Assembly (NCBI RefSeq): GCF_030028105.1
Contig: NC_092382.1
Location: forward strand, 99,836,699-99,900,698
Source: Mobula birostris
Taxonomy: Eukaryota
DNA length: 64,000 nt
Reading direction: 5' to 3'
Shown: piece after piece, positions 52,213-62,503 of the stretch
Numbering within the stretch: position 1 is the first letter of the stretch
Layout of the letters: every line of letters begins with the position of its first letter
Notes under the pieces: generated by a model
The model's input: only the letters and a program-made list of their open reading frames with translations
What the model was told of the DNA's origin: nothing
Databases searched by the model: none
Program-made: the position numbers and the translations under genes

Positions 52213-52559
52213 CACGGCGGCTCAGAGTGTCGGGGAAGCTGAACAAAAACTCTCACCGTCTAAAGTGTCGCTGCTGTCAGCAAAACAGGAAACACGACTC
52301 CTGTCAATCATATGGTGGGAGGTAGGTCTCTCATTCAGTCGTGTCCGCCGTGGCGTTTAATCAGTGAAATAAGGGGCGATGCCATTGCACCGCAGCTATT
52401 AATTTCCTCCTCTTCCGAAACATCCATTTGGGTGAAGAGAATCCACACACTCACCATTCTTTCTTATGTGCGGTCTTCCCACACATCATCAGTCTCGGAA
52501 ATTTCAATGTGCTCATAGTATCAGAAACTTTGAGTGCGCCAACAATGTTCAGTCTCTAC

Positions 52560-53480
52560 GATACTCATTGACATAGTCTATTGATCCCGGGGGAAATTGA
52601 TTTTCGTTATAGTTTCACCATAAATAATTAAATAGTAATGAAACCATAAATAATTAAATAGTAATATGTAAATTATGCCAGAAAATAAGTCCAGGGCTAG
52701 CCTATTGGCTCAGGGTGCCTGACCCTCCAAGGGAGGAGTTGTAAAGTTCGATGGCCACAGGCAGGAATGACTTCCTATGACGCTCTGTGCTGCATCTCGG
52801 TGGAATGAGTCTCTGGCTGAATGTACTCCTGTGCCCACCCAGTCCATTATGTAGTGGATGGGAGACATTATCCAAGATGGCATGCAACTTGGACACCATC
52901 CTCTTTTCAGACATCACCGTCAGAGAGTCCAGTTCCATCGACACAACATCACTGGCCTTACGAATGAGTTTGCTGATTCTGTTGGTGTCTGCTACCCTCA
53001 GCCTGCTGCCCCAGCACACAACAGCGAACATGATCGCACTGGCCACCACAGACTCGTAGAACATCCTCAGCATCGTCCGGCAGATGTTAAAGGACCTCAG
53101 TCTCCTCAGGAAATAGAGAGGGTGCTGACCCTTCTTGTAGACAGCCTCAGTATTCTTTGACCAGTCCAGTTGATTGTCAATTCGTATCCCCACGTATTTG
53201 TAACCCTCCAGCAAGTCCACACTGACCCCCTGGATGGAAACAGGGGTCACCGTTGCCTTAGCTCTCCTCAGGTCTACCACCAGCTTGTTAGTGTTTTTTC
53301 ACATTACGCTGCAAATAATTCTACTCACAATATGTGACAAAGTTTCCTGTACTCAGCCTCAACTCCCTTGCTGATGCATCCAACTATGGCAGAGTCATCA
53401 GAAAACTTCTGAAGATGACAGGTCTCTGTGCAGTAGTTGAAGTCCGAGGTGTAATTCGCTGCCAAAGTCGGGCAGTAGTT
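52560..53480 (-). mobile_element. Rex1/Babar- or L2-type non-LTR 3' fragment
   Basis: ORF 52702-53280 YKYVGIRIDNQLDWSKNTEAVYKKGQHPLYFLRRLRSFNI...FYESVVASAIMFAVVCWG...HPLH, typical of the post-RT region; boundaries approximate. Confidence 0.85.
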
Positions 53481-54951
53481 TCAAGAGACTTTTCTCTCAT
53501 AACTGCACACTATTTCGGACTCATTTTCAAGGATTGTAAAACTTATGCATATTGATTGATTGATTGATTGATTATTGATACATCGCACATTGTTTTTCAT
53601 CGATTCTATTGTTTGCTTCATTGTGAATGCCGGGAAGAAAATGAATGCTCGGTAATACAGAGAACGATATCCGTAATTTGTAATAAATTTACTTTGAAAT
53701 TCGGACTTTAAGCGTCTGAGGAACTGACTGCAGGCGACAGCTCCATCCACTGTTTCCCGCAACAATTTTTTTTTAATTCAATCACATTCCCAGTTTGTCA
53801 GCCGGCCAAGGAATTATGATTGATGAAGCCGCGTAGGGCGGGAAAAGCCGTTCGTTCGACGATGATGAGCCGACTCTTCAACCTATTCCATGTTAAACCT
53901 TCCCTCTTTCATAGAGAAACAGTCAAAATTTCAAGCAACTAATCGGGGCTAATTGTGCAGAGAACTCCACACATTGGCTAGCCGAGGTCGTCCCGCATTC
54001 TGAGTGCGTTACCTGTTTTTTTTTTTTCCAAACGCTCTCATCCGTTAAAAGACAAACAAGTTAAAAATAAACCTCACACGGATTTAATACCCCGACTCCA
54101 CCCGCCCACATCTCCAGACGGTGATGCAGCCAGTTACTGATGTTTTCGAGTGTCTTGGTTGACAGACCAAATCTCGTTGCACTGCTAATCAGATATGGAC
54201 GGTGCCTTGCATTCTTTATAGCTGCATCAATATATTGCGTCACGGTTCGGTCCTCAGAGATATTGACAGCCAGGGACATGAAATTGCTCACTCTTCCCAC
54301 TCCTGATCCCTCTGATGGACTGGTTTGTGTTCCCTCGTCTTACCCTTCCTGAAGTCCACAGTCAGCTCTTTGGTCTTACTGACGTTGAGTTCCAGGTTGT
54401 TGGTGCGACACCACTCCACTAGATGTCGCTGTTGCGCGTCTATTCTTTCCCACCTGAAATTCTGCCAGCAATGGTTGTATCATCAGCAAATTTACAGATG
54501 TTGTTTCAGCTCTGCCTGGCCGCACAGTCATGAGAGTAGACAGAGTAGAGCAGTGGGCTGAGCACACGGTCCTGTGAAGCGCCAGTGTTACTTGTCAGCG
54601 AAGTGGTGATGTCATTTCAATCCGTACAAACTGTGGTCGTCTGGTTAGAAGGTTGACGATCCACTCGCAGAGGGCAGAACAGAGGATTAATGTCTGAAGC
54701 CTTTCGATCTGGACTGGAGGGCTGATGGTATTAAACGATGAGCTACAATCAATAAGCACCATCCTGACAGAGGTATTTGCTTTGTCAATAATTTAAACCG
54801 CTCAATGGAGGTATGACGTTGCGGAAGTGACGTAATGGTCACGCAGCCAACGGGAAACAAGCCACTTTCACGGCCCACGCAGAGAGCTCCCCCGAGAGCT
54901 GACACTGCGCTTCATTCGATTCCACTCAGCGGAAATGTTCACATCCCGTAA

Positions 54952-55773
54952 ATGAGGATGCGGCGGACACTTTGCCTCCCGCTGATTGTAGTGGTGATCC
55001 CGCGTAAGTTAAAATCACATTTCAAGGGGAAGTCGGGGCGGAATGTCCTTTGCCGAACAACGTAGTTTAGCTTTGGGCCTGGTTAGGCTTAGTAGGTTCA
55101 CTCGGAATGGGGCTGAAGATTTGATGCCTTCCTTTCAAATCATGAGCCTTGTTACAAAGCGTCTTATCAGTGATCAATTGTGTGTGTGTGTGAGTGTGTG
55201 CGTGTGTCTGTCGGTCTGTCTCTCTGTCAGTGTGTCTGCGTGTGCCTTGAGACAGAACGTGGCGACTAGAATTAGGTCATCAAACTCATGGAGTCTGATC
55301 CAACATTCACCCATGGCCATCAGGCCTATTGCACGTCGCACAATAGTCTGAAACTTCGGGTTAATCGGAGGGTGGCCAGGGTCTTTCGAAAAGGGCAGCT
55401 CCTCCCTTCTGCTGAGATCCTGCGCGTCGTGATGAACAATTGGGAAGAATTAGAGTCTCATCGAATTTCTGATTTACAGGGATTCTGGCCGCGTACGTGG
55501 AGCAGACGCCTTCCTCCCTGTCAATCGGAGAGGGAGAGCCGGCCAGCGTGTCATGTACGCAGCTGAATGTCGACTATCAATATATGTACAGGTACAGACA
55601 GCTAACCGACCGGGCTATAGAGGTTATCTTCGTTTCTTTAGGGCAAGGTTCAGTTACGAACTACACATCCGATTCCTACACATCGTCAAGACCCAGAATC
55701 ACTCTGTTTCAACTGGAACTGAAACAGGCATCGGCCTTCCACTCCGCCGTCTACTACTGCGCTTATAGTATCG
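54952..55773 (+). pseudogene. TRBV: Family B TRBV V21: open frame but Trp41 replaced by Arg and a broken heptamer
   Basis: Leader 54952-55003; V exon from 55480 reads YMYRYRQ; RSS CAAAGGA-23-ACAAAAACC lacks the essential CAC; CTCF motif CCACTAGAGGGCAG at 55852-55865. Confidence 0.82.
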
Positions 55774-56539
55774 CAAAGGACTTGAGATAGCGAATGTCCC
55801 ATGACAAAAACCTTACAGCCAAACACAAGGAAGTTGTGCGGCCCTGTTGCACCACTAGAGGGCAGCACATGGACTGTGTTTAGCTGTTCTTTTGCGTCAC
55901 GCATGAGATACACCCTGCTGGCTTTCCTCGGGTGCGCCATTTTGCCGCAGGTAACACAAAGAAGACAAGCATTCGTTTACGATAGAAAACGGCTTTTAAT
56001 GGCAACTGCCGCTCAATCAAGGGCAGTTTACTCCAGGGAGACCTGCACGCAGCGCTCTTGGCTTTGATATCCACCTCATTATGGACTTGCTCGCCTGCAC
56101 TGGGCTTTCTCTGTCGCTTTGAAACGTTATTGAACTGCCTTATTTCACAGCAATGGGTAGTGTAATGAGTCGATCTGCAGAACAGGCGTTTAACTCTAAA
56201 TCGATACACATGGCCTCAAAGTATCGTGTGATGAACTGATCTCTGCTAATCAGCTTGTCACAGTATCTCAACAAACCAATAGCGATGCTTTCCAAAGATG
56301 TTCCGTGTCCATCTCGCACGTTGTGTGCGTTGATATATTGATACTTAGGATATAGGCAAAACTTTCATCTATCCCAGAACTGTCTGCTGCGATATACAAC
56401 ACTGACATCATAGACAGCAGCTTACCATCAGCCAGTTTTCGGCTGACTTGGTGGAACACTCTCTCACAATATAGGAAAACCACAACAGACTGCAGAGACA
56501 GATGGAAACAACAAGAGAAAAACAACAAATGCCGTAAAC

Positions 56540-57330
56540 AACAGGAATTCTGCAGATGCTGGAAATTCAAGCAACACACATCAAAGTTGCTGGTGAACGC
56601 AGCAGGTCAGGCAGCATCTGTAGGAAGAGGTGCAGTCGCCGTTTCAGGCCGAGACCCTTCGTCAGGACTAATTGAAGGAAGAGTGAGTAAGGGATTTGAA
56701 AGTTGGAGGGGGAGGGGGAGATCCAAAATGATAGGAGAAGACAGGAGGGGGAGGGATAGAGCCAAGAGCTGGACAGGTGATAGGCAAAAGGGGATACGAG
56801 AGGATCATGGGACAGGAGGTCCGTGAAGAAAGACAAGGAGGTGGGGGGACCCAGAGGATGGGCAATGCCGTAAATCCTAGGAACACGCAGAAAATGCCGG
56901 GGGGATTCAGCAATCCCGGCGGCATCACTGGAAAAGAGCACAGTCGTCGTTTCTGGCCGAGAAACACTTCGTCAGGGCTGGAGAAAGAAAAAGACAATGA
57001 TGACGAGTAGGTGAGGGGAGTGAGAGACAGGGTGATAGTGCAACCGGGAGGGGGACGCGTGATGGAAAGAGCTGGTAATTTCATTGGTGACAGAGATACA
57101 AGGCGGAAGAAGAGTAATCTGATAGGAGAGGACAGAAGGCCATGGAAGAAAGAAAATGGAGGAGGAGGACCAGATGGAGGCGATGTGCAGGCAAGGAGAG
57201 ACAGAAAGAGAAAAAAAGGCATGGGAGGGGTTCGAGGGATCAGCTGGAATTCGAGCAATCGATGTTCAAGCCATCAGGTAGGAGACTACCTAGACGGAAT
57301 ACAAAGTGTGCTGCTCCATCAGTGTGAATA
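56540..57330 (-). mobile_element. Compound Penelope-like fragments (a younger copy inserted next to an older one)
   Basis: 56540-56875 matches 7168-7450 with a mutated hammerhead (GAAACGGC); 56880-57330 matches 41880-42360. Confidence 0.7.
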
Positions 57331-58109
57331 AATCGCGGCAGAGGAAAGGGCCTTGGATTGATGTCGGAATTGGAATGGTCGCAACACTAGAGGACGCTGG
57401 AAGAATCCGGATCTCACAGTCGTCACCCATTTTAATTCCAGTACATGATTAATTGACAACTAAACGGAAAGATGGAAAATCAATTTGCAAAAGAAAACAA
57501 ACTGAGCAATTTAAAACAGAGCAAAGAAGTAGAAGACGAATTAATAAGTACAAATAGGTTTACTAGTAAATGATTTGTAGAGATCGTGAAAGTGAGGTCA
57601 TAGGGTTTGACATAGTTCAGTGTGGAGGTGATTCGGGAGCCCGAACCTCCGTGGATAACTTCAGTATCCTCAACACTGAAGAGGACATGCTGGCGGTTAC
57701 ATCCCGCATTGTTATGAGATTATGGCGAAGGCCGAGAACTTTCTGGCATGGAAGCGATACACGGGTCAATAAACCATAAATAAATAAATTGAAGCTCTAA
57801 TGCAGATGCATCTTGGGTTCCCCAGGATCTAAGTGCCGATTGTTTTAAATCGGTTTTCCCGGGATATGTGCCACCCAACTTAGAATCATGAAAACGCATC
57901 TGCATTACATGAACTCGTCCGGGGTCTTCCTGTCATTTTCTCAACAATCACAACCGCCCCAAAGAAGCTCTTCCGCTACGGAAGTGACGTAATTGTCACA
58001 CAGCCAACAGGAAGACAGTTCCTTTGTCAGACCACGGAGAGAGACTTCCCTGACATTTGATACTGAGCTTCATTCGACTCCAGTCAGAGGAACTATCCTC
58101 ATCCTGTCA

Positions 58110-58414
58110 ATGATGGTCTGGGGGACACTTTACCTCCAGCTGATTGTGGTGGCCATCCCGCGTAAGTTAAACTCACAGGTCTGGGGGTAAGCGGGTGTAG
58201 AATGTCTTACGTAGACTGACGTCGCACAGCAACGAACGTGGTTAGGCTTGGTAGTATTCTTCGCCAAAAGGGCAAAGGTTTGATGCATCCCTTTCAACTC
58301 ATATGCATAATGAAGAATAGTTCATTGTGTGCGCAATTCTGTACTTCGTAGACACCGTGTGCGTGTATCTGTGCTGTAGCAGAGAGAAACACAGAGGGAG
58401 AGAGAGAGAGACAC

Positions 58415-58450
<36 letters not shown>

Positions 58451-58911
58451 CAGAGTTAGGTCATTTGGCGTATATTCGAGCATGGTCAAGGCGCGACGAT
58501 GGTGCATCACACTGAATGCACATCGCACTACAGCACACCAACAGCCTCCTTCTGTCTAGCTTAGCCTTGATGAACGGTTGAGGGAAATTAAAGTCGAATC
58601 GTATTTCTGTCTTACAGAGATTCTCTCCGCGTATGTGGAGCAATCGCCGTCGTCCGTGTCAATCGGTGTGGGACAGCCGTTCAGCGTCGTATGCACTTTG
58701 CTGAATACGCGCTATGAATATCTGTATTGGTACAGACAGCGATCGGACCGGACAGTAGATGTTCTCTTCTATTCTTTTTTAGAAGGTTCCGTTACAAACT
58801 TCACATCCGATTCCTACACGGCGGCAAGACCCAGCAACACACTGTTTAAACTGGAACTGGGACACGCATCGGCCTCCCACTCCGCCGTCTACTACTGCGC
58901 TTGTAGTAACG
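58110..58911 (+). CDS. TRBV: TCR beta V segment V22, family B (B1), apparently functional (leader 58110-58161, V exon 58618-58911)
   Basis: Leader identical to V16; exon ...VCTLLNTRYEYLYWYRQ...SFLEGSVTNFT...SHSAVYYCACSN; RSS CACAGAA-23-ACAAAAACC at 58912-58950; CTCF motif at 58983-58996. Confidence 0.88.
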
Positions 58912-61314
58912 CACAGAACTTCAGATAACGGGTCTCCCACTACAAAAACCTTCCAGCCAATCGCAGGGAGCTCCACGTTGAACCACTAGGTGGCAGCACC
59001 AGACCGTACATGGCTGCCCCTTTCTGTCACGAACGGGCAGCACTCGGCAGGCTTTCTGCGCTTGCTCCTGCTCTCGCAGATGTCAAATCGACAAGCATAA
59101 TGGCTTTGATGAATGACACCTGTTATAGCACGTGTTCTGCAGTTGATGGCAGGAAACCCAAGACAGACCTGCGCACAGCTCAGCACATCGCTCAAACGTC
59201 CCCTCTCTCCATACACCGTGTTTCCCCAGTAAAGCGGCCGATGAACATAAAGGGCTCCAGTCACCAATCCAGCAGCTTCTTTGCCTTGGATACCCGACTC
59301 TTGAACGGACCAATTATGCGAGAGGATGGTAAAATAATATAGACACCCGACTTCACAATCTAACTCTCTCTAGCCCTGTTTACCTACACTGCGTTTTTTT
59401 TCTGTCGAATTTGAGTTTTGTTGATTTACCTCATTCTACACCAATGCACTGTGTACTGATTTGAACTGTATGCAAGACCAGCTTTTCACTTTAACCCCAT
59501 ACATGCAGCAAGTGTAATCGATTTTATTAATTTACCTTTCTCTATCTGAATTCAAAATGTAATGAATTGATCTCTGCGAAGAAATTTTTCACCGCATAAC
59601 TGCACAGCCAAGTCACTGTGGCCAAGCACTGTAATTCCGATTCCCATTCACCTTCCGAAGTGCCGGTCCATGTCGACCCATCGTGTTAAAAACAGGTCAC
59701 CCTCAAGGTAGAGGAACATCTTCTTATATTCCATGTGGGTACCCTCCAACCTGATGGTGTGTATTACTGTTACCGTTTCTTCTTCTCGCCTGACCGTCGC
59801 TTACCTCTTGAACCTCCCTTTCTTCTCCTTCCCCTATTCTCCGTCTCCTCTCCTTTCATATTCTTCCCACTCCAGCGCTTGGCTTTTCCCTTCCACCTGT
59901 CTTCACCTATCAACTTTCAGCCGGCATTTTACCCAGCCCGCAACTTTTAATTCAGGAATCATCCTCCACCCCCCACTCCGTCACCTTTTCACTCTCAGTC
60001 CTGATGAAGGGTGTCGGTCTGAAACGTCCAATGTTGCACCTTTCCACACGCCAGCAAGAGCGCTGCATCGCGAGTCTCTAACCACAGAGAAACCTTTGTC
60101 CTGTTCACCAAGAGGTGCAGAGCGGGATTGTCACCACGTGGGGGCAGCAGTACTCTGTGTTTCACTGCACATTGTCCGACTCGAACGGCACACAGCAACG
60201 CGCACATGTTATACTGGTGCATCTGTAAAAGTTTGCTCTGCGGATGCATCTTTACAAATGCTAACATCTCGCACATACATCTATGTCTTGTGTACATATG
60301 TAAATAACGAAAGAATAACATCGGTTTAGAGTCCTCCTGTACCTTATCGGGCGGCCACACAGTGTATGTCCGTGGTCCTCTGCTATTGTAGCCTATCATC
60401 TCCAAGGTTCAACATATTGTGAATTCAAGATGGCCTTCTGCACACCAGTGTTGTAACACATGGTTACTTGAATTACTGTCGCCTTCCTCTCAGCGTGAAA
60501 GAGTCCGGTCGTTCTCCTCTAACCTGGGGCATCAACAGGGTGTTCTCACCCATACAATCACCACAACAGGTTTTTGCTCAATTCTCTGCAAACACTAAAG
60601 AACGTTGTGTGTGAATATCCCAGGATGTCAGTAGTCTCTGAGATACGCAGCCTCTCCGGGATTGGCACCAATAAGCATTCTGCAGTCCAAGTAAATTAGA
60701 TTACATTTCTTCCCTATTCTGACGTTTGGACTCAACAACAATGGAACCTCTTGACGATTTCTGATGCATCGACTTGTTGCAACAAGATTGACTGATGAGA
60801 CATTTACACTGACGATTTGGTGTGGAGATGTCTGATAATGTGGCGGCGTCGTCTGAGTAGCTTGAACGAAAACGTGGATAGGTGGGTCTGTAAGTTTGAA
60901 AACGACACAGTGATTAGCCGCGTTGTAGATGCTATAGCAGGTTGTCAACGGAGAGAGCGGAATATCTATGTTGTCAGTACGTAGCTGCAGCTAATAATGA
61001 GGCCACTGGGTGTATGTTGTGTTGTCTTTATCATCACCTCTGCAGACCTTCGCTGCTCCTTCTCATCTTTCGCAGTATTCCGTCTGGAGGAGAGATTGCC
61101 CGACCCGAGGCAGGAGCATATTCCGCTGCTGTTGGTCTTTCGCTTCTTTTTCCGACCAGGAGACAAAGGACGTTCTTTGGTTGCCGTATAACCACAACAT
61201 CTGCATCGACTCGCCACGAAAATCCCTGTGACTTTCGCGCTCTTTCAGTCTGCGAGTGCAGAGTCACAGAGACAGCAGACACAAAGAAATGCATTACGGA
61301 TAATTCAGTGAGAT

Positions 61315-61540
61315 AGGTGGATACATAGATAAATGGATGGATAGCTAGAGAGATACAGAGATAGATAGATGGATACAGAGATATGTAGATACAGAGATAG
61401 ATAGAGAGAGAGAGAGAGAGGGAGGGAGGGAGGGAGAGAGAGAGACAGACAGACAGACAGAGAGATAGACAGGTAGATATACAAATGGATAGATAGATAG
61501 ATACACAGAAGATTGATAGATAGATAGATAGATAAATACA
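61315..61540. repeat. GATA/GA-rich compound simple repeat
   Basis: Direct observation; similar tracts at about 3370-3470, 36303-36357, 46960-47007 and 48690-48805. Confidence 0.9.
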
Positions 61541-62052
61541 TGCACACATAGCAAGTTCGCAGCTCCTTCTGCTTTTTCGCTGTATTCCTTTCCGAGACGC
61601 GATAAACCCCACTCTGGGTGTGCAATGTACTGAGCATTATTGCTCGTTTCTGTTCTAACCAGGAACGGCAAGCGGTTTTCCCATAGCTAATGTATAACGA
61701 TAGCTGCTTCATTCACCCTCCACGAAATCCCTGTTATCCCNNNNNNNNNNNNNNNNNNNNNNNNNNNNNNNNNNNNNNNNNNNNNNNNNNNNNNNNNNNN
61801 NNNNNNNNNNNNNNNNNNNNNNNNNNNNNNNNNNNNNNNNNNNNNNNNNNNNNNNNNNNNNNNNNNNNNNNNNNTCAATAAAGCGACGCTGCAGATTCTG
61901 CGACCACTCTCCTCCGCCTTTCGAATGACGACAGGAAGCGAATGACGTCATGCGGCCGCAATGCGCCAACAACTATATCGGGCAATTTAGTTCTTCTGCA
62001 GGCTGGTCTTGAACGGCGCTCCACCCAAAACCCGCCAGTAGCCACTCTGTGA

Positions 62053-62503
62053 ATGATGGTGCGAGGACAATATTGTCTTCCGCTGATTGTGGCATTGATC
62101 CCGCGTAAGTAAGGATAACAATTGTTCTGGGGAAGGTAACTCAGGTTCAGAGAACGGGCTACCATTTGCTGAGAGAAATTAGGCTCTAATGGAATTTCTC
62201 CCTTGCAGGGATTCTGGCCGTGGACGTGGAGCAGTCACCCCCCTTCCCTGTCAGTTGGATTGGGAGAGTCAATCACCGTCCAATGCACGCTGCTGAATTC
62301 GGACTATAATCATATGTACTGGTACAGACAGCGACCGGACGGCACAGTAGAAGCTCTTTTCTATTCTACTGGGAAAGATTTAGTCAACAGTTACACGTCG
62401 GAATCCTACGCGGCAACAAGATCCAGCAGTACTTTCTTTCAACTGGAACTAAAGAACGCCTCGCACTCTCACTCAGCCGTTTATTTCTGCGCCTGTAGTA
62501 GCG
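62053..62503 (+). pseudogene. TRBV: Family B (B2) TRBV V23: one +1 frameshift in a C run, otherwise intact
   Basis: Leader 62053-62104; V exon from 62209; six C at 62238-62243 versus five in V12 and V17; RSS CACAGAG-23-ACAAAAACT at 62504-62542. Confidence 0.75.

Noticed and set aside
56668-57331. Purine- or pyrimidine-rich ORFs of 100-196 aa (also 41934-42388, 30521-30977)
   Set aside because: They are alternative-frame readings of Penelope-like 3' regions with low-complexity composition.
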